This document shows, one piece after another, positions 31,686 through 47,870 of a stretch of 64,000 nt of DNA (the stretch's first letter is position 1; each line of letters opens with the position of its first letter). Source of the DNA: the human T2T-CHM13v2.0 reference genome, Homo sapiens; the NCBI RefSeq assembly GCF_009914755.1, contig NC_060927.1, one strand, 5' to 3'. The notes beneath the pieces were generated by a model. That model was given only the letters and a program-made list of their open reading frames with translations. It searched no databases and was not told the origin of the DNA. The position numbers and the translations under genes were made by a program.

Positions 31686-32121
31686 AGATATATGGTTTTC
31701 AAATATTTTCTCTCATTCCACAAGTCATAGGTTGCCTTTTCAATCTGCTGATTGTTTCTTGCGGGATGCAGAAGCTTTTTTCAAAGCATTTTTTCTAATG
31801 CTTTGGAAAAAAAATTACCTTTAGTACTTAGATATGCCTTGGTGTATCAAAATAATTCTTAAGCCATTGGTTGTGTTTACATCACTATACAAGTTTTCGT
31901 ATGCCACAATATTATACTGTATTTTATGAGTGATTTAAAGGAGCTTCAGGAACAATTTTGTTTATAAATAATTTTTCTGTGATGATTTTATGACTTCATA
32001 TTCATAGAATAGTTTAATTATGTCTATCTACCTATCTATATGATTTATTAGAACAAAAATATTGAGTAAATATACATGTGACCTGGAACCAAAGTTTCTA
32101 GATAATTGTTTCTGATATTAT

Positions 32122-32278
32122 TGTCCTTAATCTGCACTGTGGGATGTTGCTGAAAATACAGATTCTTGGATCTACTTCAGACCAGCTGAATTAGACTCTG
32201 AGGGCTTGATCCATGGATCTGCATTTTTAACACAACTCTTCGTGATTTATATGCATGCTAAAGTTGAGAAGCCTTACT
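32122..32278. mobile_element. MER5A/B hAT-Charlie MITE
   Basis: 'aaaatacagattcttgg...cagaccagctgaattagactctg...atctgcatttttaaca...aaagttgagaa'. Confidence 0.75.
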
Positions 32279-32689
32279 CTACATTTTCTAGTCCAAAGCT
32301 TTCCCACACTGCTAGAGATGGGTTAAGTTAGTAGCTATGCAAAGTTTTCCCTTGCTTATTTCTGCTGCATAACGTTGATTTCATTTCACATGAAATCAAA
32401 GCTTTTGATAATGGATAAGAATGTTCAACACTCAATGGGTTTAAGGAATTTTAAAATATTACAATTGTGGAAAACTTTTAAAAACAGACTTTTAAATATA
32501 TGAGGTGGAGGTCAAGAGAAGGACAAAGTAAAATGACCTTTCACAGGGGTATGTTTTGTGAACTAGAAATGAAGAATAAACTGCTTCCCTCATTCTCACA
32601 TAATGAAAACCTTTATACAATCAAATTAAATAAATAACTTCAAGAAGAGAAGTTATTATTTAGTGATTAATGGATATCCTGCCCTCCTT

Positions 32690-33450
32690 TTTAATAGAGT
32701 CTTTGAATTGCAGTCATGGAAATCATCTTAATAGGTCATCTTGTCCTTCTCTTGACCTGCAAACCTGATGTAGTTAAAAGTCTATTTTTAAAAGATTTCC
32801 ACAACTGCAATATTCTGAAATCCTTTGGAACTCACTTAGTGTTGAACAGCCTTTTCCATTATCAAAAGTTTCTTTCTTCCCTCCCTGTTTAACAATTAAA
32901 ATTCATTTTTCTCTGTTATGTTTTCAATGAAAATGGGAAATAGCTGGTCACCACAATCTGTGGAACAACTCTTCATTGAAGACTATTAATAATGTCCCTT
33001 TCATCAGTCCTTCTCAAGCTGAAATAAGTTCTTTTAATCCTTCTTAGAATTTTCCCATTTTTTTAATACTTCATTTATTTATTTTATTCTATCCTGAGCT
33101 CACTTCCTTCTTCTTAAGTTCTGGGGTGTGAAACTAGACACAGTAGGATTTCACTGGTGCTGAATATAATGGGAGGATTACCTTGCTGTTCATATTTACT
33201 CTACTCCTGTTTATGCATCCTGTAGAACTCTGAGAAGTACAGATAAGATGTAAATGGATGGCCTGATGTTCATGGTCTCGAATGATTTCATACCATTTCT
33301 CATAAAGATATGGATGTTATTCCCAGGAACCTGGCCAGTTTGTATCATAGGTAATTACTTTCTGCCTATCTATAGCATTCTAAGTTTCAATTAGATGAAT
33401 TATTCTTCACTTTCACTGGTAAAGACATTATTGCAAAAGTTGTTTGAGCA
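32690..33450 (-). mobile_element. L3/CR1 ancient LINE fragments
   Basis: CR1-like 'aaactagacacagta...actggtgctgaatataatgggaggattacct', 'aatagctggtcaccac', 'ttgaagactattaat'. Confidence 0.6.
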
Positions 33451-34805
33451 GAACAGAACAGCTCTGCATTTTAAAAGAGGGAGAGAGGACCACTTTATGC
33501 TCAGTTTGTAAAGAGGCTAGCGTTCCTTAGGAGTATGAAAGACAGTAATAAAGAGTCCTGCTTCCCCAGCTAATGCACAGGGTCCAACATGATCGGTATT
33601 TATTTTTGTTTTACCCTTATATGGCTTAGTTATCCTAAATCTTAACAAGAAAATCTTCCTTGATAATGGCTCTTCTTCGCCAATTCCAGTGAAATTTTTA
33701 GTAAAAGATGTTTAAAATAGAACATGATATTCACAAGTTCATAAGTCAGATTTGCACATGTTGCATTGATCTAACTAAAAATGTAGAGAATTTACATTTG
33801 CTTTTGTTTGTTTTATTTGTTGTCTTCTTTCATTCTGGATAAAGGCAAAGAAATTATATACACTCATAGTTCTGTAAAACCATACTGAGTATTTATGTGT
33901 CAGTGCATGCATCAATCTGTCACCAGAGGTTCTAAAACAAGTTAGAGCAGTCTGGCTTTCTATGTGTTCTCTGTCTTTTCAGAATAATTTTTTCTATGCC
34001 ATTTCTTTTAAAAACATTGTCTTAGATATTATCTCATTTGAACCCAAAGACTTTCTTTTTGTATTCCCTCTCCTTTTCTCCCTGCACCCCTTAGAATTTT
34101 CACGTCTTTGTTTTAACCCATTTGTATTTTCATACAGTCTGCAGACCCTTGAATGTAGGGGAAGACCAGATAACCTGTGCAGCGGATCTTTTTGTGAAGA
34201 AACGCAACTTCACAAGCACAGCCTTATCATCTCATTCCTCACGTTTTTCCCTACTTTCCTACTCTGCTGCATTCTTTCCCCTCTCAAGTCTGCTTATAGG
34301 AACTTAGGGAAGTTTTACAAAACATTAAATGTTTACTCTCCATCTTAAAACTCTAAATGTCACCTTGCCATTCGCATGTTTTAATAGAATCTACTGCCTC
34401 TAGGATAAAATCTATATTTCTTTGTACACATTTTATAATTTGTATTATGCTCTGCTATGCTGAAATCGTCTCTTTTTCAGCTTCTCTGCTCTCTTCCACA
34501 CTGCCCCTACTCCAAATTGTTATTTCCCAGTTTATGTTTGTTTTCCTCCTTTTGCTTTTAAATGCTTCTTGGTATGGCTGAAAAATTATATAATCTTTCT
34601 AGTAATTAGGTGCAACTCATGTATTTCATGCATTTGTGAGGCTTATCCACCTTTCCACTTGCAGAACATTGTTTCCTTCTTCATGTTTCTATGGCCATTA
34701 AAAAATATTTTTTACAGCATTTAACATGTTTTAAAATATGTTTTGTTTTGTTATCTGCCTTTTGTTCTAGAATTTGTTTTTTAGATATCATGATTTTATA
34801 ATCCT

Positions 34806-35295
34806 TTATTTATTCATTCATTCATTTATCCAGTAATGAAGACATTCCAGAAGTCAGGTACTATATTGTGTGATGTAACACTGATGAAGGAAACAAAGGT
34901 CATGTTTTATGCTGTTGCTTTTCTTTTTCTTTTTTTTTTTCCTTTGGGAGAGAAGAAGATAAAAAAAAAATAAGTGGACAAATAAATTTATTCCAGGTTG
35001 TGATAGAAAACAGAAAAATGTAATAAAAAGTGATTTCATATTTGGTCTATATCTAGGAAGATGTTCAGCAAAAGCATATCTGAGGATATGACTCTTAAGC
35101 TGAGATCTGCATGATGAGAAAGCTTTACCTCTGAAGATCTGGGAGAAGAGAGTTTCAGACAGAGGAAACAGCATATGCTGAGGTACAAGCAGTAGGATGA
35201 GCTTGCTATTTGGAGAACTGGAAAGAGGTGCAGTGTAACAAGAATATGGTAAAGGTAGATGAGCATAGTCAGAGATGAGATAGGAGGGGTACTCA
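34806..35295 (-). mobile_element. L2 3' fragment
   Basis: (ATTC)n terminus; 'aagctgagatctg', 'cagaggaaacagcatatgc', 'ttggagaactggaaagagg'. Confidence 0.75.
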
Positions 35296-36780
35296 AGAAC
35301 CGTACTTAACTATGTTGTTAATAGAAGTTCTTCAGTAAGAAAATTGAGACCTTGTCTGAAAAAATAATATATTTTTAATATTATTTTAATGTTTATAATA
35401 TATTATATTTAATAACTTAACTATGTAATGAAGGCCACTGGACAAACAAAGAAACTGAATAATAGATTTTGATTCATAAGCTTTAAATATTTGAATCTAA
35501 TAATGGCCAAAGCACTTTCACATGTTACCTGCATACTATAAAATAGGATCCACATCAGAGACAATCTTTTTACACCATAAATATATAAAATGAGTTTGAA
35601 GCTGTAAAAAAATAAGAATGTTACTATAGACAGGCTAATCATGCACACTGCTCTTTTGTAATTCTTAAACAAATTTGTAAAGAAGAAAATAAAAAGACAT
35701 TTTAAAAGGAAGAGAACTATTAAAATGTGGAAACAAATTGGGTGATTCGTGAATATCTTTCTTTAAATATTATCAACATGTATTGGACCATAATCTCTTA
35801 AAAGACAAATTATTTTATTAGTTTTTATTAGTTTTTGTTAAGTATTTAATTAATATTCCTTTCATAGATATTTAATTAAATAAAAATATATACCCCATGT
35901 TATATTTTAAACATTCACCTTCATTTGCTTAGGCAATTAAAGTAACTTTTTAAAAATCCCAGAAATTGAAGTACAACTTTTTGTCTATTATTCACTTTCA
36001 CAACAATATTAATTTGTACTTATTGTCTATAAAATGTGTTGGACTCAATCCCCAAATAATTTTCTACATTTATTTTTTTCTTTTCTGAAAAATAATCACT
36101 GAGAGTGGCCTATCATAATTAAAAAGTAAAACAAATCACATAATAATATTCTAAAGACAGAAAAATGCCACAGTACAGGACTGTTTTCTGTTATGAAGCA
36201 TTTGGCAGATGGAGGAGATCACTGTGATTATTGATGAGTGGGAAGTAAGAACATCTCCATATTGTACCATGGACAAGTGTCAGATGACAAGTACATTTTT
36301 TTGTGGAAACTTTGATGGAATCTAATATTTTGCTTTTATAGTCAAGTGGTTGTGCTCAGATAATCCCCACTTTGAGATTCTCTAATGATGCCTGACATAT
36401 ATCAGAGGCCAGGAATTCCCTGCAATATTTCCTTAGACTTGTCAACCAGATTTATTCATAAATGAGAATAAATGAGCATGTCAGCATAAGTTATTGTGGT
36501 AATTTGTGAAACTCTTAATGAGATATTTTCAGAGCTCATAAAGGAAAGAGCTATGTCATTAAATTACTGCACAATAATTTTATTTTGATACAGTAAGTGA
36601 GCTGATATTTTATCAGAAATGACACTCTGATGCATCAGTGAACTGAAGATGAACAATTAAATGTTCCAGTGAAAGAGGTCTGATGATACTTAAAGGTAAA
36701 GATTTGCAAAAGAATGTGAAGTAAGAAAAAATGATGATTATTCATATACATCGAATACATTTTTAATTTATTGGAAGGGC

Positions 36781-37047
36781 GGCAAGGTGCGGTGGCTCAC
36801 ACCTGTAATCCCAGCACTTTGGGAGGCCAAGGCAGGTGGATCACCTGAGGTTAGGAGGTCAAGACCAGGCTGGTCAACATGGTGAAACCTCATTTCTACT
36901 AAAAATACAAAAATTAGCTGGGCGTGGTGGCAGGCTCCTGTAATCCCAGCTACTCAAGAAGCCAAGGCAGGAGAATCACTTGAACTTGGGAGGCGGAGTT
37001 TGCAGTGAGCCAAGATTGTGCCACTGCACTCCAGTCTGGGCGACAGA
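36781..37047 (+). mobile_element. AluS-type SINE lacking 3' end and tail
   Basis: Alu stops at 'gggcgacaga'; no poly(A). Confidence 0.92.
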
Positions 37048-37429
37048 TCATCAAGGTTTGCACACCTCAAAGGCAATGCATAAAATAGTTACACCCTCTA
37101 TAAATAAGGGCCTAAGAGTCAAAACAGGAAAATGTGCATATTGATAGGCTTTCATGATACATCATTATAAGCAAAACTCATAAACACATTCCTTTTAACT
37201 GTGGCTTTATTTTGTCTCCCTTAATTTATCCAGATACATAGACACCTTTCTAAAATCACTCACCTATGGCTTTTATGTAACTCAGTTAGAAGATCCTTAC
37301 TGGCTTTAGTCCTTGAATAAAAGCTGGGCCGGATCAATAAGACCTGGTGCATGCTAATTCTAAACCTAAGCAACAGACTGAGACTTCATACGAGAATGTC
37401 TGTTGGGAACTTACTGGAGATTGGGCTGG

Positions 37430-38119
37430 AGGTAAGGAACTGAGGATGCACTTAGATATAAGAGGTTCCCTGCCCAGCAGAGCCTGCTATTTAAGTAGAG
37501 AGTAAGAGACACATATAAAAGAAAAGTGAGTTGTAAATGAGTGCACTAAAAAAGTGCTGTAGTTCTTTAGAAAGAGAAGAAACAGAGAGGAAGGTGATAG
37601 TTAAGAAGACCGTGGAGAGGAATGCCTGCAAATGGGACATAAAGCAAAGGCAATAATAATACTTTTTGCATGCTTTACAGTTAATGCAAACATTTTATAT
37701 GTATTATTTAATTTCCTTATTGCAAGAACCATGTCACAAGAACGTTATTAATTTGCTCATTTTTAAGCTACTGATCCTCAAGGAATTTCACAGTAAAGTT
37801 GGGAGTCAAATTCAGGCCTTCTGTTTTATTACTTTACAATTTGTGCTACAGTGCTATTCAACGGAGTACTTAGACCATGAGGTAGGCCTTTTATGGGAAA
37901 CATTACCAAAACCATGGAGGCAGGAAGTGGTAAAAAGCATGGGACCTAGCATTCAGATCCTGTCTTCACTCCGTTTTAGCTATGAGGCCTCTGACAAATT
38001 ACTGTGCTCCATGTTATCTACAGATCATAAAAATAGTATTACTCATTCACAAGGTTGTTTTGAGAATTAAACAAAACAGTATCTGCAGACATTAGACTAA
38101 TATCTAGCACATATTAGGC
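37430..38119. mobile_element. Cluster of L2 (-, about 37430-37645), MIR (-, about 37655-37860) and MIR (+, about 37920-38119) fragments
   Basis: 'ggttccctgcccagcagagcc'; 'ctcacttcc'-like MIR cores; 'actcattcacaaggttgttttgagaattaaa'. Confidence 0.5.
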
Positions 38120-39806
<1,687 letters not shown>

Positions 39807-41467
39807 CACTGGGCTTTCATATTAGCTACTATTACTGTTAAGAAGAAAGTGCCAAGGTTTGTCCAAAAAATTGGTACGGTAGGTAAACGTGAATGACAAA
39901 ATCATGTAGGAAGTACATTTGGAAAGTATGAGTCAGATTTAGAGAGTTCTGTTGTATAAGTGGCTCTGTATTGAAAAATCACTAGACATAAGATATTACA
40001 TGTTTTCTAGGCCATATGAAGAAGTTCCGATGAAGTATAGAGGGATGATTCTACACAAAATAAATACAGCAGTCAAATGGATATAGGCTGTATAGTTAAA
40101 CGGTCACACAGTGTTTGCAGATCTGAGTTATTCACTATTGTACAAGTGTGTTATTTTTGTGGATCTAATTTTACCATGGTAGATGTGTATGCCTTTACAT
40201 GATATTCCTCCATAGTACCTAACCCAAAAGACAAGGCAATTACATATATTTACTGAGTAATTATGGACTAGTATGCAACTCACATTTTATGGTTCAACTC
40301 TGTGTGCTTTAGTAACATAAACACAAGAGTGAGTGTATATTTAATAGACGTAATGTTTGAAAGTTTTATCTAGGTAACATTTCTTTTATATGCTTCTTAA
40401 AAAAAGTATTTTCTTGTCCCTTCTCTGTATACGACCTCTCATTTACAATTATATTTACCTGGAAAAAATTTATTAATCATGTCTGTTTTGTTCATTATAT
40501 TGAAATCATCTTTAAAATTTAGAATTTACTTATTTATATAGTACTTTGTATTTTATAATAAACTTTTTGATATAACATTTTCTTATTAATATTCTGAAGA
40601 GTTCTGTGAAATTTGAGCTCTTATCCCCATTTAACTGTACTTTATACATGGGTCTCAAACTCCAAAGCTGAGAATTTAAAATCAAGCTTTTAACATAGAA
40701 TTTCTGATTTTTACTTAATCTTAAAAACACTTATGGTTACCTTCATTTTAAATTTTAAGTTGAAACTATACAATTTTTCACACTGCTGTATAAAATTAAA
40801 ATGTTAAAACCCTCTCCAAAATATACTTGTTAATCTGGCATAGTGAAAAAGCATTGTAAAACTACTGTAAAACTGCTTGCAGCTCAACCTCTGTTTGCCA
40901 GCAGAGGTTGCTCTTAGGTTAGCGATTACCTTGAGATTACATTATATTAAGACTATTAAGCAGATGAATGGAAGCTACATTATGATGTAACTATGGAGAA
41001 GTTATATTTAAATAAAATAATAACTATGTGAGTGACTCTCACATGTGTTAATCTCCACATTCTTAGAAATTATGCTCTTTACAAAGATATCTCTGTAGCT
41101 GAGCAGAAAGTGACATTCTTGAAACAGTTTATGGTTTGCCAGGAGAGAAGAATTGCTAATTTAGAAAATCAAAAAAATTGAGGCATATCTTTAGTTTGCT
41201 TAAAAAAATTGCATATTAATACAAATCTGTTTGAACAAATGTGAAAACACAGGTAATTGCATATATATGAAAAATATTTTGTAACAGACATTTAAAACAC
41301 TTTTAAATTAAAATAACTGATTTACTCCGGAAGACTCAAAATGTCAGAGATTATCATAAAACAGAACTTTGTACTTATTTTTAGGAAAATAAAGCTTTGA
41401 AACAAGAAAAACATCCTACAATATTTTCTGCAAATTTGAAACCGAGAAGTATTCAAAGAGCTGTTTT

Positions 41468-41500
41468 ATCTATTATCTATCTATCTATATCTATCTATCT
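41468..41500. repeat. (TATC)n imperfect microsatellite
   Basis: Seen directly. Confidence 0.8.
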
Positions 41501-43393
41501 GGCATTACAGTGTTAGTACACTTTTACAGGTAAAACATAAATAAAATACAGTTTAATTTTAAAATGTCACTCTGGAAAAACATAGTATATGTATCATAAT
41601 TAATACCATAATTAAAGGTATTTATTAGAAATTAGAGTCCTCATATTCCTTCTTTACATTTTTTATGAATGTTTGTTTTTCTCATAATTTCTTATGTTAT
41701 TTAATGCTAATATTTAAAAATAATACTGATTTGTTTATAAATATTATGAATGAATGTAGATCTCATTGACATTAGTTTTATAGTAAGCAGGTTTTAACAG
41801 AATACCAGTGTTAAATATTCTAGGAGAATTTGAACAAGTTATTTTAAACTTATTTTTCAAAGTGTTTTAATTCTGTCTCTGATATTTTATTTTATTTTAA
41901 AAATGCACTACTGTAGCTTTTATATGACTGTTAAAGGGAGAAATTTTGGTTAAGCTATTTTCATTGCTCAACCATTTGGAAGGCCTGGCAAGAGTTGTGA
42001 TTGTTTATAACTGTTATTTATATTATTATTGTTTGTTAGATATTATTAAGTTTATGACTTCTAATTAATATTTATGATAGCATCAAATATTTATAATGTC
42101 AAATAATAATTTGAAGCCATAATCTTAATATCTAATAAACAATAATAATGTAAATAACAATTATAAACAACCATAATATTTACCTTTATGTTTACCTGCT
42201 TTATCAAGTACCTTGAGAAAATGAAAAAACTGATTCTTAGGTTTGCTCATTGTTTAGTCAGTCTCCCCAAAATGATTATTGAACCTTCTAGGTATATTAT
42301 GCAGGAGCAAGTTATGCAACTTGTCCCAAGACTGAGATCATGGAGTTGCAAATCACAGCAGTCTGTGCATGTTCAGAAACAACTCTTACCTCTGTGGTAG
42401 ACTGCTTCTGAGTTGGGGAATCATATGCATGTCTCTGATATGAAATTTGCCTTTCTTCAAAAATATCTGACTTCTGAAACTATATGAAAATCCTATTTTT
42501 GTTATTATAATCAGACACCTATTAGTTTAAACATATAGCTACCATGTTGCCATCTACATTAGTATTAAATATATAAGTAAATGGATATCTACATATACAT
42601 TTTTAAGCACTTTTAAATATTGAACTATATGAAGTACTGACTGTATTCCAAACAGTGTTTCTTTAATATGTTAAGAATATATTTTAATAAATACTTTAGA
42701 ACAAAATTAAAAGATGACTTTGTAAAGTATTTGTTACTAAGCTGTCTACTAGAATAAGTATCTTAGAAAGTTTTATGTTTTTTATTTTTTAAATTTAATT
42801 TTAACTTCTTGAATATTTTCCTTTGATAAACTAAATATTTTCTTCAAATCCATTAAAGGGTTTACCTAAATATCCTAAATTTTTTCATATACTCAATACG
42901 TAAAATGTTTTCCTATGAGGTACTAACAGTTTAATTCTGACATAAAAATGAATGTTTTCCATTAAGAAAAATAATGATGACATGTATTCTCAGAGTGTTT
43001 TTGGATTTTCATTTCTTTAGCGGAGAAAACAGTATCACAAATAATTTTAGAAAAAAATTTAGTTCACAATTTACTTTTCTGCCCCCAAAAATCCAAATAC
43101 AATATTTAAATCTTAGCTTCCTAATATGCATTCAGGATATGCATAAAGGATATGCATATATTCATGGTATATAATTTTAATTTAAGAGCTCAATGAATAT
43201 GCATGCTAATATAAGACCATTTGAATAACATACCTTGATTTCAATCTCTGAATACTTAAGTACATGTGACTTGTGTTGATTGAAATGGAGTATTAGTTTT
43301 GGTCACGTTCAAATGTTACCAGGAATATACACATGAGATAGGAACTCGGCAGACTTGTTTCACAAGTCACAGGTCACAAAAACCCTGCTGATT

Positions 43394-43746
<353 letters not shown>

Positions 43747-43874
43747 TTATACACTAATTAGAATACATTAGCATACTAAAAGAACTTTCGCCAGCAGCCA
43801 TAGCAGTTTACAAATGCCGTGGCAACTCCAGGAAGTTTACCGTATATTGGTCTGAAAAGGAGAGGAGCCCTTGG

Positions 43875-43883
43875 TTCCGTGAA
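43875..43883. promoter_or_regulatory. Candidate GAS (STAT) motif in MER41
   Basis: ttccgtgaa fits TTCN3GAA at the position of the known MER41 STAT1 site; motif match only. Confidence 0.35.
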
Positions 43884-44784
43884 CTCTCCACCCCTTTCCC
43901 AAAAAAACTCATAAATAATCCACCCCTTGTTTAGCATATGATCAAGAAATAACCAAAACAATAGCCAACCAGCAGCCCTTGAGGCTGCTGTGCTCATGGA
44001 GTAGCCACCCTTTTATTCCTTTACTTCCTTAACAAACTTGCTTTCATTTTATACTCTCTGTTTGCTCTTGAATTCCTTCCTGCATGAAGCTAAGAACCTA
44101 CATGGGCTGCCTGGCTGAATCACGATTTGGGGATTTGCCCTGTGACACATATAAATAGTTTTTGGATCCACAGAAGTTATCAGTGGTTGTATGTTATTCT
44201 CCTTCAGGATGAGGTAGAGTAATATGGGGGAAAACTATAGACTAGAGCAAAACTTCCTCCATGAATGAACAGATTTAGCTATGTGCTCTAGGATTAAGTC
44301 CATATCTGCAGACACTACTCAGTACTTAAAAGCCAACCTCAACATAAAGGTGGGCTCTTAGATGTGGCTCCTAAATTTTCACTCACAACACTGAGCGTTT
44401 TTATCTCTTCAGTTAATCTGCAAAGTTGTATGTATTCAAGCAATATGGCTAGGCAAGTTTTCTAAACTATGTGTTGTGTATAGTATCTATTTGAAGAGTT
44501 ATGAGAAAAGTTTTAAAAATGAAGATAAAGAAAAAGAAAGCAAAAGAGAGAGAGAAATCTTTAAAGGTTAAATAGGTTTTTTCCATCAACATATTTAGGG
44601 AGCTTAGGGGTTGGCAGCTGAAAATCTATCATACTCACAGTTGACTTAATGTACCCTACTATGGGACCTGACACAGTAGATATGTAATAAATGTATGCTG
44701 AATCTTTTTAAAAAAATACTGAAAAATAAAGAATAATAGCCCTTCAAATTCTTACAAAGGGTTTCTTGTAATTTTAAAAAATGT

Positions 44785-45412
<628 letters not shown>

Positions 45413-45419
45413 AAACAAT

Positions 45420-45630
45420 GAATAGTACATATTACATGCCAACCAATTTTCTAAGTATTTTATACAAATTAATTTATTTAATTCTCACAACAATCTTATT
45501 AGAGATATAAGATTTATTTCTTTTTTCTTTCCATGATGAGAAAACTGGTTTATAGGGAGATTTGGTAATTCACCCAAGATTACGTCTAGACAACCTCTGT
45601 CTAGGGACAGTGCTCTTAATCACAACACTA
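45420..45630 (-). mobile_element. MIR fragment
   Basis: 'tttaattctcacaacaatctt...gatgagaaaactgg...ggtaattcacccaagattac'. Confidence 0.65.
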
Positions 45631-45705
45631 ATGCTATTTCACATATAGGACCCTGAACGAGCTTTCATCCAATTTCTATCAAAATTCCATCTAAGTGAGA
45701 GATTT

Positions 45706-45721
45706 TGTGTGTGTATCTGCA

Positions 45722-45760
<39 letters not shown>
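45706..45760. repeat. (TG)n microsatellite
   Basis: Perfect TG run 45726-45760 with imperfect 5' part. Confidence 0.95.
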
Positions 45761-45761
<1 letters not shown>

Positions 45762-46157
45762 TTGGAAAAAGGGGTGTTTGAGACATAGCCTATACCCATA
45801 TCCCAATATCGGTGTTTCTCAATTTTTTTTTCTCTCTAGCATACCTGAAGTATACCCAATTACCCAATACTTCAAGAATTGGGTAGTGCATACCAGAGGT
45901 AATACTCCCTTAGGTGAGCGTGTTAGAGTCTTGAGGTGAAGATTGTGTATAGTAAGAAATCTGTCCCACTTTATTAGATTCTGCCCAAGTGAAATGTACC
46001 TCCCTTTTATTCTGTTTTCTCCATTTCAATGCAAATATGTTTTCTATAATCTAGAACTTATTCCTGGATCAAATAATATATTTGGATAGCATTGAGAATT
46101 ATTTTTAGAATAACTGTGCACTACCTCTTCATACTAATATGTTAAATACTTTAAAAA

Positions 46158-46342
46158 TGATATGGTTTGGCTTTGTGTCTTCACCCAAATGTCATCTCGA
46201 ATTGTGATCCCCACATGTAGAAGGACCTGGTGGAAGGTGATTGGATCGTGGGGGTGGTTTCCTTCATGCTGTCCTCATGATAAAGAGTGAGTTCTCATGA
46301 GAACTGATGGTTTAAAGGTGTTTGGTGGTTTCGCCCTGACTG

Positions 46343-46378
<36 letters not shown>

Positions 46379-46559
46379 GCCACCCTGTAATATATGCCTT
46401 GCTTCCCCTTCATCTTCCATCAGATCATGAGGTTCCTGAGGCCTCCTAGCCATGCTTCCTGTGCAGCCTATGGAACTGTGAGTAAAGTCAACTTCTTTTC
46501 TTTATAAATTACCCAGTCACAGGTAGTTCTTTATAACAATGTGGAAAAGGACTAATAGA
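46158..46559 (+). mobile_element. MaLR solo LTR (MSTA/B) with internal (TC)n
   Basis: 'tgatatggtttggctttgtgtc...ttcctgaggcctcctagccatgcttcc...ggactaataga'. Confidence 0.9.
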
Positions 46560-47379
46560 AAGAAGTAGTATATGAAAGTCAGCATTATATTTAGTGCAGG
46601 GATATTGAGCTGTAACACTGCATCATTTAGGCTCTCTTTTTTGAGAGAAATGTGTCACTCCTAAGTGCCAAGAAATCTAGAGCTTTCCTCTGATAATTGA
46701 CATATTTCCTTTTGAAGATAATGTGAACTGGGCAATAAATCATATTTTATTTTTTTGCTTTGTCCACCACAAAGTGATATTTAAAACTTGCAACTCTTTT
46801 TATAAAAATAGCTTCACACCCTATTGACCTGCACAAATCTGGCCCAGCTTTCACTCAGTTTTTGGATTTCACTTGAATTCTTATTTTTTATTTTATTGTA
46901 GGTATTTTTAAAAGTATCCTTATTTTTTTAATGGAGCAGTATAAAATAAACAAACAGAATTTAAAATACAGAGGGTAGAAAAAAGAATAAATGCAGCAAT
47001 TGAGGCAGTCATTCAAGGTCAGAAAATTGAAAATAAGGAGTTAAAATAGGCAGGCAATGGAAAATCCACAAACAGGCAATGACTGAAGGTCTAAGTTGGC
47101 ATTCAAGCAGTCAGCCTGAGGATATCTGTCATCTGACTTCTAAAAGATTGGAGTATGGGGAAAATTACCAAAATAAGCACTTAATGCAGCTTATACCCAG
47201 GCTTAACAGCTAGCACATAAACTAAGGAAAAATCTAGGTGAGAAATCCAGCCATTCTTGATAACTCTCTTACCCTTAGCCCCCTGTCTTTAGGGCATCAG
47301 GTCTAGCTCATCCAGTCTGGAAGACCTATTTAATAGTAGTTTATTTATATCCATCTCCCAAAGGCAGAGGTCTCTTCAG

Positions 47380-47870
47380 GAATACCACAGTGGCCTCATC
47401 TTTGGTCTTTCTCCTTCTCTTGTCTTGCCTAATGAAATTATCACATTTTAGCCAGAGTTATCTTTTAAAAATAATTGGCATAAATATGTCTCTACTATGC
47501 TTATATCCCTAAAGTGCTTTCTAATTTCCAATAGCATGTTATCTCTGGGGGCTGATTTGACTTCTCACCTGCTTCATATTTTTGGAATGGGTCCTTTTAC
47601 TTCCTGCCTTAGGGTTATTTCATATAGTGCCATTTTTTTGGGAGGGGGCGCTAGATTCCTGTCTTCCTTCTATCCCTATGCCTAGTGATTCTCTCTCATT
47701 ATTTGCATCCCATCTCACATGGCACTGCCTTAGTGATGAATTCTGCCCTGACCTCTCAAGCTAGGGCAAGAGCCGTAGCTATAAGCTTTCAGAACACGCT
47801 GTACTTACGCTTGTCTTAGTGTTGTCTGTACCTCTAGCACCTAGCAGTTTCTGGCACACAGTCATTCCTC
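47380..47870 (+). mobile_element. L2 fragments
   Basis: 'gccagagttatcttttaaaa', 'tgtacctctagcacctagcagtttctggcacacagt'. Confidence 0.55.

Noticed and set aside
33962-34348. 128-aa hydrophobic ORF (also 37666-38070, 134 aa)
   Set aside because: T-rich composition bias and overlap with or proximity to decayed repeats; no domain or splice support.
47638-47654. CTCF-like 'agggggcgcta'
   Set aside because: Only the 3' half matches; the upstream CC core is absent.
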